Shown here: positions 18,589 through 28,777 of the stretch, piece after piece
How the letters are laid out: the number at the start of each line of letters is the position of its first letter
How positions within the stretch are numbered: position 1 is the stretch's first letter
From: Candidatus Bathyarchaeota archaeon
GTDB taxonomy: Archaea; Thermoproteota; Bathyarchaeia; Bathyarchaeales; Bathycorpusculaceae
Assembly: GCA_963772455.1 (NCBI GenBank)
Contig: CAVYXJ010000023.1
Location: forward strand, 1-39,141
Direction: 5' to 3'
DNA: 39,141 nt
Notes under the pieces: model-generated
Databases searched by the model: none
What the model saw: the letters and a program-made list of their open reading frames with translations, nothing else
What the model was told of the DNA's origin: nothing
Translations under genes and position numbers: made by a program

Positions 18589-21257
18589 TTATGCTCGTTT
18601 TCTAAGCATCATGAGCACTAGGCAAGACTAGTACTATGATGATTAAAACGAATAGACCCGCGATTGCTGGTACAAAGTACATGTCAGCTGATGATTGAGG
18701 TGGTGTTTCTGTTGGTGCTGCTGTTGGATGTGCTGGTTCAACTGCAAAAGATGTTACGGAATGTGATGGCCAGTAGGATTCAGATCCTGCGAAAGAAGCG
18801 TAGACTGTATATTGTCCTGTAATGTCTGGTTTCCAGTTGAAAGCGAAGAATCCGTCAATATTGCTTGTTGTTGTGCCAATTTCTCTATAGTTTCCGTTAG
18901 CGTCAAGAACGCTAAGAGTAACTAGGACACCTGTTGCATTGGTTGGAATTGGTTTTTGCATGTAGATGTATTCCATCCATGGTGCCATGCTATCGTCTGA
19001 TACTGCTGGAACTCCCTGTGGGAAGCGTGTTGCTATTTCATTGTCTTTGGTGCCTGCTGAAGTATCGATAACTGTTCCTTCAATAACAATATTGTCACCT
19101 AAGGCTGTTGTTTTGGGTGAAGCAGAAATCGTTGTTGAACTAGGTCCTTTGCCAACTGAATAGACAGAGTTGTCGTAGTAATTGTAGTATGCGAGGTAAC
19201 CGTCGGCTAATACAGCTGTTGAGCCTCCTTGTCCACCTGTTTGACCTGACCAGCTGAACATTGACCAAATTTCTTCACCTGTGAAGGCATCTAGGCAGTA
19301 GACTTTGGAGCCTCTGAATAGTGGTGCGTTTGGTGAGTGTTCATTGTTGAATGCATAGACTTTTCCATCTGCGACTGACGATATGAAGATTGGTCGAAGA
19401 CCCCAGTTTGTTTCAAGGCCGCCGTTTGTATTGTTGAAGCGCCAGTACTAGATTTCCGTTGTCAGCATTATAGCAGAAGATTTCTCCACCAAATCCTTGA
19501 ACGTAAATGTTGCCATATGCGGTTACGCCTCTGGGTCCTCCTCCTTCTCCGCTGCCGAAGAATTGGAGGCTTCTGAAATCAGTTGTTGTTGGACCCCATG
19601 CTTCAGCTCCTGTGTCGAGGTTATATCCTCTCCATTGCATGTCTTCAACGTCGTTCATTGTCCATATGCGGTTTATTGGGTCAACTGGTCCTAGTCTGAC
19701 TGTTAGGTTTCCTGATTCTGGTGCTACATAGCTCTTTACCCATTTGATGGATGCTAATGTTCCTTGGGATGCGTTTAGGTTTAGTGCCCACATTGTGTAG
19801 GGGTTGTCTGTGAATCGAGCGCCTACTCCGGGTGCAAGGTTGCTGCTTCTGCCAAGCAAAATGTCATCAGGTAATACGGCAAATATTGCTGGAGCTGTTG
19901 ATCCTGTTATGTCTCCGGTGAATGTTCTGTTCCAAGAATATGATGTGCTTGCGTTAATTACGTTGCCAACTGGTCTCCAACTGTTAATGTTGTATCCTGT
20001 GCCTATTGAAAGAAGTGCTTGGGTGCTATTCCAAAGAGCTATCCAGCCTGTCTTAGCAGTAGTATTGTATCCTAGGACATAGCGGAGTATTTCGCCCTTA
20101 GCGTTGTAAACATCGGTTCCGGCTGGAACACTGGTTAAATTATACATCCATTTTCCAGTGTATGCATCGATTGCTTGCCAGACAGTGTAAGCTGCTGCAC
20201 CTGTTCCCACGTTTGAAGTTTGCCACAGTACTCCTCCGACTACACCATGTTGATTGGGTGATTCAAAATCAAGTAGTTGACCAAAGCTTGGCGCAGGAAT
20301 TAATGTTGAAGTTGTAGCTGAGTTGTTGACATATGCGTTGAGGTCTGCACGATACCAAATTTGCTGTCCAGTTCGAAGGTCATAACATGCGTATCCTCCG
20401 CCGTTACCTGAGTGTCCAAGTGGGTGCTGTACATAGATGTAGCCGTTCATTATGATGGTATTTTGGAATCTGCCTTCGTATGATCCGCCTGAGTATTCAG
20501 TAACGTCAGAGATCTCGGATGTTCCTCCTACGACTCCTCCGAATTCAATTGGCTTTGTCCATGCAATGTGTGGGGTGTTTGGTGCGATTCCATCCCTCTG
20601 CCAGAGATTGTAGTTAATTGACATCTGGAAGGTTCCGAAAGAGTTTCCTCGCAACCAATGCGATTCTAGACTTGACCATGCCAAGTTCTGTCCCTCAACA
20701 GGTCTAGACCAGTATTCGGTTGGGAGCGGATACCATGGAACGGATGATATTGGTTCTTGTTGGACATTTAAAGTGATTGTTTTTGTTGCTGGTGCGTAGG
20801 TGTCGTTTTCGTATAACGCATTTGTTGCTAGATCAGAAATGTAATTTGCAGCGCCCAATCTATTGGTCCATTTATAGACTTGTCCACCATAGTCAAATTT
20901 GATTGTGTAGGCACCGACTTGATCGGGTACATAAGAAATCGATTGCACATTTGTGGTGTCATCAATTACGTCCCAATGTTTTGTTTCAATTGTGCCGTCA
21001 GGCTTTGTGATGGTTAATGTGTAATTTTCGCGTCTAATGTTGTTTGTAATCATTGATCCTGGTAAAGACACATCGATCCACATAGAGATGTAAGTGTTTT
21101 GTCCAACACCTATTGGGTCAGGTGCGGCAAATAGATATGCATAACTGTTAATTTTCCATGCGGGTGTATGAGCTTGCGTGCTGGGTATTAGTAAAAGCGA
21201 TCCGGTCATTGCAAACAATAGAAATAAAGTATATACTAACGTTTTGAAATGTTTCAT
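18589..21257 (-). pseudogene. Large PQQ-like beta-propeller surface protein, split by one-base frameshifts near 19445 and 18622 (possible sequencing errors)
   Basis: AGGAG RBS and signal peptide at 21257. After NGNLV another frame reads WRFNNTNGGLETNWGLRPIFISSVADGKVYAFNNEHSP...EIWSMFSW and joins ORF 18602-19261. A final shift restores LVLMMLRKRA*, the expected TM + basic tail. Confidence 0.8.
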
Positions 21258-21466
21258 TGTGTTTTTTCTCCTTAAATCTGTGCTTTTATTTAAAGTAAGC
21301 ATTATATATAATTTTAAGGTCTGTGACTTAGAACAAAATATATTATTTAATTAATTGAGTCAAGAAGATTCTAGTATATTTTATTAATACTTCATGAAAT
21401 AAGACCGAGTTGATAACTGAATAAAAATTGAGTTTTAATTTTATAAACGCGACAGTAGTTTCAACT

Positions 21467-23032
21467 TTATTTGTGTTTTTTTCGAATCCTTACTAAGACT
21501 ACTGCCAAAACAACTAAGGTGATAGCTGTAGCTAAGGCAATTAGAATGATTTGGTTTTCTGTTTTGCTTAAATCAGGCCCTATAATTTCATTTGGAATGC
21601 TGGTTTGGCTGGTATTGGGATTTGCGGTTTGAGTTGAGGGAGTTGGAGACTGCCCTGTTTGCGATGGGGTTTGTGAATCTGATGGCTCAGAAATCGATGG
21701 GTTCGAAGATGGTGCGATTGTTGTTTGTGGGGGGTCCTCTAAACTTTCAGTTTTTACTAGAAAAACATCCTGGTGAGTTTCGCTGCCAAATATTGTTGAA
21801 CCAACTAAAGCGTATCCTCCATCGGCAGTCTTGATGAATCCATATGCCCAATCGTTACTAACAGGTATCGAGTTTTCATTAGAATGGTAATTTCTTGTCC
21901 AAGATGTCTGTCCAGAAGAATCGACCCGTAATAACGTCATTCCATAGGTCACATCTGCTCCATTTCCAGATGATCCAGCTAAAGCGTATCCTCCATCATT
22001 TAATTGAACCAATCCACAGAGACTTCGCGTCTCTATGTCATTGTAGATCTTGCTCCATTGAGGCTGGCGGTTAGAGTCAATTTTGAATAGACAAAAATTG
22101 TTATTCTCTGATCCAGCAATAGCAAATCCTCCATCGTTTGTTTCAACAATACAATGCCTGTCATCATTTCTATTAATTAAATCAAAACCTTTGTTCCACA
22201 ATTGTTTTCCTTGATTATCTGTTTTTACAATCCAAGTGGCGTATACAAGAGATGTTGTACTAGCTCTATAAAGCGAGTTACTTCCAACTAAAACGTATCC
22301 ACCATCTCTTGTTTGAATCACTGAGGAGGCTTCGTCTTCACAAAGATATGTCTCCCCATTTATGTTTGTATACGTACCACTATTGTAGGTTTGGCTCCAT
22401 TGAACATTGCCTTGTGAGTTAACTTTTAGGAGCCAAAAATCATTGCTACCATCAGTGGTTGTCGCTGAACCTACTAGGGCAAAGCCACGATCGGCTGTTT
22501 GAATCATGGAGTAAAGGTGACAGATAGAAGGATAATCTATGTTCTGAATGAATGTTTTAGACCACAGAACACTTCCCTGGGAATCAAATTTGACTAGCCA
22601 AAATTCAGACTCGCTATTTGCAGCTATTGCGAAGCCTTGATCTGCTGTCTGAACGATTATGTACCAGTCAGAATAGGGATATATCGTTGCAGTTTGTTGA
22701 TTTGGGTCTTCAATTGTATTATAACTTCGTTTCCATTGTGTTTCTCCATTAGAATTAATTTTTAGTAATTCCAAATCGTATGATGAAGTAAAATGCCCTT
22801 CATAACCTATGTTGTCGACGCGGCGCAGAATACCAGAAATTGCTATGGCATAGCCGCCATCACTGGTTTGAACAATAGATTTTGGAGAAAGAAGATCCAT
22901 AGTCTCTCCTTGGTACGTTCTATTCCAACCTACTGAGCCCAATGCACCTGGAAAAATCAGCAATGCTACCAGACAAATAGTTGCTAATGAAACTCTAAGG
23001 CGACGTATCAATTTCATAAATTTACTCTCCAC
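21467..23032 (-). CDS. Cell-surface beta-propeller protein with QTxDGG(Y/F) repeats
   Basis: Signal peptide, seven QT(S/A/R)DGGY-like repeats with LxKxDSxGxxxW, S/T/P linker, C-terminal TM + RKK. Confidence 0.85.
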   Translation of the reverse strand: MESKFMKLIRRLRVSLATICLVALLIFPGALGSVGWNRTYQGETMDLLSPKSIVQTSDGGYAIAISGILRRVDNIGYEGHFTSSYDLELLKINSNGETQWKRSYNTIEDPNQQTATIYPYSDWYIIVQTADQGFAIAANSESEFWLVKFDSQGSVLWSKTFIQNIDYPSICHLYSMIQTADRGFALVGSATTTDGSNDFWLLKVNSQGNVQWSQTYNSGTYTNINGETYLCEDEASSVIQTRDGGYVLVGSNSLYRASTTSLVYATWIVKTDNQGKQLWNKGFDLINRNDDRHCIVETNDGGFAIAGSENNNFCLFKIDSNRQPQWSKIYNDIETRSLCGLVQLNDGGYALAGSSGNGADVTYGMTLLRVDSSGQTSWTRNYHSNENSIPVSNDWAYGFIKTADGGYALVGSTIFGSETHQDVFLVKTESLEDPPQTTIAPSSNPSISEPSDSQTPSQTGQSPTPSTQTANPNTSQTSIPNEIIGPDLSKTENQIILIALATAITLVVLAVVLVRIRKKHK

Positions 23033-23228
23033 TTGATTGTTATTAGAATTAAAGTTGTATTTAAATTCTAAATTGCATCATATCTTAAGAAAGCTTAACG
23101 GAATCAAGTCTTTTCATTTAAAAAAGAGATTTACAAAAATCAGAACATAAGAGCATATTTTGAACTTATATTCGAACATTTTAGTTTTCAGAGATTTAAG
23201 ACTCTTGGTTCAATAAAGCTTAAATCCT

Positions 23229-23250
23229 TGTAAATAGATCTTTATTTACA
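23229..23250. promoter_or_regulatory. Perfect 8-6-8 palindrome (candidate operator) between the TATA-like box and the HTH gene start
   Basis: tgtaaata-gatctt-tatttaca; TATA-like ttaaat at 23220-23225; ATG at 23257. Confidence 0.6.
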
Positions 23251-23256
23251 GATACT

Positions 23257-23739
23257 ATGTCACCAAACTGTTCGGTATCTTCCCCACTCAGTCAAAGCCA
23301 AAAAGATATTTGGTCACTAATTTGTACAGGTCTTTCCGTAACCAAAATAGCCCAGAAACTAAACACTACACGACAGTACATTAACCAAACAAGAATAATG
23401 GCAGAAGCCAAACTATCCTCAACCCTTTTAGAAGTTGCACAAGTAAACGATCTGCAAGTAACTAAACTCTACCCAAAACAAGCCATATTGTTAGGCTACC
23501 ATCCAGCCCTAAAACTAAAAGCCATAATCACCTACACTACCAGCCATGGTTTGAAAGTCTGGTACTGGCATGATAATCCTGAAGAAGTAACTGACACAGC
23601 TTTCTTAAACCAAACAAGACAATACCTAATCGACATAGCCAAAGAAAGAGGAATAGAAATAGAAGAATCAGAAACAATTCACCCAGCCAAACTGGCACAC
23701 ATAATTTTCACTAAACTTATTCCAGAGTTGAAAACATGA
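23257..23739 (+). CDS. HTH DNA-binding protein (LuxR/sigma-70 region 4-like N-terminus)
   Basis: LSQSQKDIWSLICTGLSVTKIAQKLNTTRQYINQT HTH pattern, followed by an uncharacterised C-terminal domain. Confidence 0.8.
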   Translation: MSPNCSVSSPLSQSQKDIWSLICTGLSVTKIAQKLNTTRQYINQTRIMAEAKLSSTLLEVAQVNDLQVTKLYPKQAILLGYHPALKLKAIITYTTSHGLKVWYWHDNPEEVTDTAFLNQTRQYLIDIAKERGIEIEESETIHPAKLAHIIFTKLIPELKT

Positions 23740-24358
23740 ATGTAAAAAAAAGTTTGGAAAACCGAATTAGAGGATGGTTTCCCCAAGAGTCCGTACATGA
23801 TATGGTCAATACAAGATTTCAGGTGACTCATGAAAAAAAACAGCCCCCTCTGATAATTCCTCCCCAATACAACATGAGTGCGACAAAAATAGCTGGCGGA
23901 TTTGCAATTTTTTGGATATTGTTTTTCGGGTTAGAGCTTGTTATGTCTTTTAATCTTGAATTTCACGCTATTCCACCCTTTCAAATTATGGCTTGGATAT
24001 TCGCTGGTTTAACAATAGGTATAATTTCAAACACTATGCTTACTAAAAACCAACTCAGTCGACTATCAAACGATTACCAATTCACACCAAATAGAAAAGA
24101 CCAGCTTATCCTTATTATTCCAATAGTTTCATTCTTTATTATCGGCGGTTTTGTTAATTGGTTTCTCTACTCTTCTTTGCAGGTGTGGTTAATTTCAATT
24201 CTTTCCTGGGGAGTTTCTTCTCAACTAACGAGAACTATTATTGTTTGCAGCTTTTGAAAAGAAGGAAAATATGCGTTTAATGCAAAGCTGGTGGGGAACT
24301 AACAATTTTTCTTGTTCCAAAAGCACCAAACAACAACGACCCAGCTGGTTGTTCATAG
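23736..24358 (+). pseudogene. RIRGWFP-motif membrane protein 1 (one-base frameshifts near 24234 and 24301, possible sequencing errors)
   Basis: MNVKKSLENRIRGWFPQE; four TMs. Shifted frames give LLLFAAFEKKENMRLMQSWWGT and TIFLVPKAPNNNDPAGCS*, matching the C-terminus of 25518-26159. Confidence 0.75.
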
Positions 24359-24359
24359 T

Positions 24360-24677
24360 ATGAATGTGAAGAATACTTTGAAAAATCGCATTAGAGGATG
24401 GTTTCCAACCGAATCCGCTTTACTAACTCGCAATTCAAATATTAAAAAATCTAACATTAAAACACCAAAAGGACCGCCAACTATGAGAGAACGAGTTATT
24501 GGCGGATTGGGAGCTGCAGGTGGTGGACTGGTTGGATTAGGCATTATATTTTATTTTGTGCCAATGTATCCTAAACAATTTGTCACCATATTGTTGATTG
24601 TTGGTATTCCTTTGCTGGCAGCCGCAATTATTGTAAGCAGAACTACAAAAAATAAATCACAAATTAATCGGAGTTGA
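24360..24677 (+). CDS. RIRGWFP-motif membrane protein 2 (two TMs)
   Basis: ATG at 24360: MNVKNTLKNRIRGWFPTE; two TM helices. Confidence 0.8.
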   Translation: MNVKNTLKNRIRGWFPTESALLTRNSNIKKSNIKTPKGPPTMRERVIGGLGAAGGGLVGLGIIFYFVPMYPKQFVTILLIVGIPLLAAAIIVSRTTKNKSQINRS

Positions 24678-24681
24678 AAAA

Positions 24682-25521
24682 ATGAATTCAAAAAAGGAAA
24701 TCCAGAGTCGAATTAGAGGTTGGTTTCCACAGGAACCAAAACTACGTAAAACGACAGCCAAAGATTTCCAAATAAAACCTCAGCCTACAATACAAAGTCA
24801 AATGGGCAAAGGCACAATCAGAACTGTAAAAACAAATGCCATTACTAATATTATCTACATTCTCATTTTCATCTTTCTCTTATCCCAATCCAATATAGAA
24901 TCTGATTGGAAAATAATAGGACTCGTATCTGGTTTTGTTATTGGTTTAATCGGTGCCGTTTGGGTTGCTCCAAGAATAATTAAGCGGACTGAAAACCATG
25001 AGGATTCATTGGGTTGGAAGGAATATTTGGGTGTCACAGTGCCAGCTGTCATTTTCGTTCTTTTGATGAACCTAGTCAGTTCAAGTTTTTCCATAATTGC
25101 TATGTTTACACTTTGGACAACACACTGGCTTGTTCAAATGGTCCTTTTCTTATCTTATGAAAAAAAGAAAAAAGTGTTCATACTACAGGAAGGTTGGCTT
25201 GGCGTAGTCTATTCTTTAGTTCCCCAAGCAAGCAAAAATTCTTCAATAATTGTTCCTGAAAGCAGCCATCAACAAATTTCTGGACGACTTATTCCAGACA
25301 AGAAAAGCTTGATACTTTTCTTAAGTGTAGGGACATTTGTTGTAGTTATCCCAGCAATAAGTCTTTGGCTATCTTCCTACGCCAACTTTTTCAATATCAA
25401 CGAAGGGACATTTATTATTTTATTTTCCTTCGGCATCGGGGTTTTGTTTGCCCTTTTGTTTTCTGTTCATTACCGAAATCAAAGCAAAAAACAAACGCAA
25501 GGTTCTGATTCAAAAATATGA
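24682..25521 (+). CDS. RIRGWFP-motif membrane protein 3 (about six TMs)
   Basis: MNSKKEIQSRIRGWFPQE; YEKKKKVFILQEGW motif after TM4. Confidence 0.8.
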   Translation: MNSKKEIQSRIRGWFPQEPKLRKTTAKDFQIKPQPTIQSQMGKGTIRTVKTNAITNIIYILIFIFLLSQSNIESDWKIIGLVSGFVIGLIGAVWVAPRIIKRTENHEDSLGWKEYLGVTVPAVIFVLLMNLVSSSFSIIAMFTLWTTHWLVQMVLFLSYEKKKKVFILQEGWLGVVYSLVPQASKNSSIIVPESSHQQISGRLIPDKKSLILFLSVGTFVVVIPAISLWLSSYANFFNINEGTFIILFSFGIGVLFALLFSVHYRNQSKKQTQGSDSKI

Positions 25522-26159
25522 AAGTAAAGAAAACTTTGGAAAATCGAATCAGAGGATGGTTTCCCCAAGAGCCTTACTTGTTGAATACCCAAGTTAAAGT
25601 GGAATGCGAAGTTAAAATCAAAACAAAGCAACCGCCCTTTATGATTCGGCAAGATTATACTGGAAGCGCAACCAAAATTGCTTTAACAGTAGCGATTCTC
25701 TGGATACTCATCTATTGTTTCACCTCATTAATTGTATTTAGCCTTCAACCAAACAATATTACATTATTAGTTGCTTGGGCAATTGTTGGTGTAGTAGTGG
25801 GTGTATTTTCAGGAAAGAAATACACACAAAATCAACTCCAGCGGCTTCTAAAAGAGGTCGAAATATATCTAAACAAAAAGGATATGATTCTCGCAATTGT
25901 CCCAATGCTCATAATGCTCTCTTTTAGTTATCTTGTAAATTGGTTTCTTTTTGATGCGTTAACAAGACATTCAATACTATTAGGAGCCTTGGTTTCGGTT
26001 TATGCTTTCTCAATCTCCCAACAAGTAACAAGATTCACCTTATTCCGCGGCTTTGAAAAGAAGACTGGTATGCAGTTAATGCAGAGTTGGTTTGAAAGTG
26101 GAATAGCTGTCATTCCAAAAGCACCAAATAACAACCAAAACGCAGGCAATTCACAATAG
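25518..26159 (+). CDS. RIRGWFP-motif membrane protein 4 (four TMs)
   Basis: MKVKKTLENRIRGWFPQE; full-length paralog of protein 1; ATGA overlap. Confidence 0.8.
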   Translation: MKVKKTLENRIRGWFPQEPYLLNTQVKVECEVKIKTKQPPFMIRQDYTGSATKIALTVAILWILIYCFTSLIVFSLQPNNITLLVAWAIVGVVVGVFSGKKYTQNQLQRLLKEVEIYLNKKDMILAIVPMLIMLSFSYLVNWFLFDALTRHSILLGALVSVYAFSISQQVTRFTLFRGFEKKTGMQLMQSWFESGIAVIPKAPNNNQNAGNSQ

Positions 26160-26200
26160 GATTGCGAAAAATAATTAAAAATCTTTGGTCAGAATATGAT

Positions 26201-26818
26201 TCAAAGGGATAATCCTTCTGTTTTTTCAGATTTCTTATTTTGTTGCTTGTATCTAACTAAAAATAGAATTGTTACCACTATAATTATAGCACTTACTAAC
26301 CCAAAAAAAGTTAAATTGATCGATGATTGAGTTTTTTCATGATGGGTAACAAGTAAAAAAAGGACAGTGACGTAACTTCGGTCATTGTTATCCCATTCGG
26401 GAAGCGTTATGAACCAAACATAAAAGGATCGGTCATCTTGTAAGAATCCTTGGCTCTCTGGTCTGCCTCCATTAGTTGCTACAACAGGTTCAGTGCCTCC
26501 AAGTATTGCATTTTTAGGGATAGTCATATTCACAAATCCCGCCGAGCCGTTTAGTCCTCGGATATCAAAATTGATGTGTGTATTGTTGTATTGGTCTTCT
26601 AAGGTCTCAAAATAGAGATTGAAGATTTGGGTTGCTGATACATTTCCTTTTATTATGAGAGTTATGTTTTTGCCGTCTACGTTTGTTTGAATTGTTTGAG
26701 TTGTGTTCTGAGAAGGTGATGCTGAGGCGATAACTTCTTCACACTTGAAATTCACTATAAGCGAGCTTGCTAAAAGAATGACTAGTGAAATCATTACTGT
26801 TCTTTCGAGGGATTTCAA
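26201..26818 (-). CDS. Hypothetical surface protein with N- and C-terminal hydrophobic helices
   Basis: GGAG RBS; signal segment, beta-rich domain (GSAGFVNMTIPK) with sequons, C-terminal TM. Confidence 0.7.
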   Translation of the reverse strand: MKSLERTVMISLVILLASSLIVNFKCEEVIASASPSQNTTQTIQTNVDGKNITLIIKGNVSATQIFNLYFETLEDQYNNTHINFDIRGLNGSAGFVNMTIPKNAILGGTEPVVATNGGRPESQGFLQDDRSFYVWFITLPEWDNNDRSYVTVLFLLVTHHEKTQSSINLTFFGLVSAIIIVVTILFLVRYKQQNKKSEKTEGLSL

Positions 26819-26942
26819 TAATCATTCTCCTTACCATTGATTACCAACTGTTTCTATTTAAAATGTAAGCTAAGAGTGAAATATGGACTAAAATTCACTT
26901 CAGTTTTTATAAATATAAATCAAAGGGAATAAAAATAAAAGA

Positions 26943-28619
26943 TTAAGAGATTTTCCAGATGCGAACTCGAACATAATTCCAGTACACATCGTTTATGCCC
27001 CTATAGAGCGTTATCGAATTTGCTGTGGTATCCGTTCTCACCAGACCAAATTCGCCCACAATGTCGCCCTTAACAAGGAAAGGATCAAAGTCGCCGGAGG
27101 AACTATGGGCTGCAGTGCCAACAATCGCATAGCCGCCATCACTGGTTCTAACAATGCATTCTCCATACGCGAGCATGAACATACCGTAGGTTTTAGACCA
27201 CTGCTCATTACCAACTTCATCCGTTTTAATAAGGTACATTTTGTAGGTATGCTCCGTGTTGAAGGACATACTGCTTCCCAGAATCAGAAGACCGTGGTCT
27301 GAATCTTCAACGATTGCCTTACCAGAATCGCCACTTGCGCCACCGAAGGTTTTATTCCAAAACAAGTTGCCGTAACTGTCAGTCCTAATGAGATATACAT
27401 CGCCCATGCCAATGTCAAAGGAGTCTGTCCCTCCGCACAATGCATAACCCCCATCGTAGGTTTGGATAATTGCAAAAGCACTATCAAAGTCTGGTCCACC
27501 AAAGGTTTTTCGCCATTGTTCAACACCAGCGCTGTTGGTTTTTATTAATAGGGCATCAGTGTACGCTTGTCCATAAGTTGGGGCGATTGTTCCTGAAATA
27601 GCATAGCCATCTGCTGTTTGAACCAAGCCCCAACCTCTTCCGCCGACATAAGACTTATACCACTGCAAAGTTCCATCGCCATCGAACTTTACTAAACTTA
27701 CACCTTCGCTGCCTGAACCCCCATAATTGTAGTTGTTACCAGCTACTGCAAAACCTCCATCTGCGGTTTTTATCAATGCAAACCCTTGGTCAACGCTTCC
27801 TTCACCGTACGTTTTTAGCCACAATTGGTTGCCACTGCCATCAACTTTAAGTAATAAAATATCGTCGTCGCCTGAACTATACGAATCGGAGTACCCCGCA
27901 ATTACATAGCCACCATCAGATGTTTGAACAATGCCTTGTCCAACATCTGCCCCTGAACCACCATACGTCTTTTTCCATTCCAAATCCCCCATCATATCAG
28001 TTTTTTCGAGAAAGACATTAGCATACACTGTTCCGCCAGTGTATCCAGTGATCGCATAACCTCCGTCAGATGTTTGAATCATGCCGTAGACATAGTCATC
28101 GCTTGCTGCTTCGTAGGTTTTGTTCCATCCGGTTATTTGGCTTGAGAGCCCTAGTCGCTGGTGAACCTCTCCTTGCGCAGTTTTGCCAGTAAGGTCCACT
28201 AAAACATCTGCCGAGTCCAGGTTGTCTGTTACATTCAAGTATTTGCCTTTATAGGCGCTTATGTCTATCCATCCGCTATCAAAGTTGGGGGAAGTTAAGC
28301 CTCCTGATGCTCCAGATGGTCCGACCGGACCTTGCGGTCCTTGGGCGCCAGTTGCTCCTGCAGCTCCAGTTGCTCCGGTCGCTCCAGCTGGTCCCGTCGC
28401 GCCTGTGGAACCTGTATCGCCTTTTGGTCCCTGAGTACCCTGCGGACCAGTTTCACCTGTTTCTCCTTTAGTTCCCTGAAGGTTGTTTGTGTTACTTTGG
28501 GAACCAAGGTTAGTTGATAGGGTAAATACGCTGGTAGATATGGCACTTGAAAGAATAATTGCTATTACAATTCCAGCAACAAACATTCCGACTGTTACAT
28601 TGCTATTCATGTTCCGCAT
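26943..28619 (-). CDS. Membrane-anchored collagen-like protein with a QTSDGGY beta-propeller
   Basis: N-terminal TM, 19 Gly-X-Y triplets, seven QTxDGG(Y/F)-like repeats, C-terminal [11 protein letters not shown]. The start may be Met4 at 28610. Confidence 0.85.
   Translation of the reverse strand: MRNMNSNVTVGMFVAGIVIAIILSSAISTSVFTLSTNLGSQSNTNNLQGTKGETGETGPQGTQGPKGDTGSTGATGPAGATGATGAAGATGAQGPQGPVGPSGASGGLTSPNFDSGWIDISAYKGKYLNVTDNLDSADVLVDLTGKTAQGEVHQRLGLSSQITGWNKTYEAASDDYVYGMIQTSDGGYAITGYTGGTVYANVFLEKTDMMGDLEWKKTYGGSGADVGQGIVQTSDGGYVIAGYSDSYSSGDDDILLLKVDGSGNQLWLKTYGEGSVDQGFALIKTADGGFAVAGNNYNYGGSGSEGVSLVKFDGDGTLQWYKSYVGGRGWGLVQTADGYAISGTIAPTYGQAYTDALLIKTNSAGVEQWRKTFGGPDFDSAFAIIQTYDGGYALCGGTDSFDIGMGDVYLIRTDSYGNLFWNKTFGGASGDSGKAIVEDSDHGLLILGSSMSFNTEHTYKMYLIKTDEVGNEQWSKTYGMFMLAYGECIVRTSDGGYAIVGTAAHSSSGDFDPFLVKGDIVGEFGLVRTDTTANSITLYRGINDVYWNYVRVRIWKIS
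28305..28475 (-). repeat. Collagen-like Gly-X-Y repeat (19 triplets)
   Basis: [57 protein letters not shown]. Confidence 0.9.
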
Positions 28620-28632
28620 ACTAAATTCTTGG

Positions 28633-28699
28633 AAAGGTTTGCAATAAAAGGTTTGCAGTAAAGATTTCTTGACTAAACTTGGTATAGATATCTTGACTA
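28633..28699. promoter_or_regulatory. Direct repeats in the promoter region of the collagen-like gene
   Basis: aaaggtttgca at 28633 and 28647; tcttgacta at 28667 and 28691. Confidence 0.35.
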
Positions 28700-28777
28700 C
28701 TCAAATGTTCTTAATCGATTTTGAAAAAAATTTTCTGCATCTATTTTGTCTACTTTAGACAACATCTTACTTAGTAT

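Noticed and set aside
19413-19460. Programmed frameshifting or phase variation in the large propeller gene
   Set aside because: No slippery heptamer, long homopolymer or simple repeat at the shift sites.
24312-24359. N-terminal extension of the ORF-track call 24312-24677
   Set aside because: It overlaps the frameshifted 3' end of the previous gene; the ATG at 24360 aligns with the paralog starts.
23758-25572. RIRGWFP DNA repeats as a CRISPR array or attC-like sites
   Set aside because: They are in-frame coding, hundreds of bp apart at irregular spacing and non-palindromic; no cas or integrase gene is nearby.
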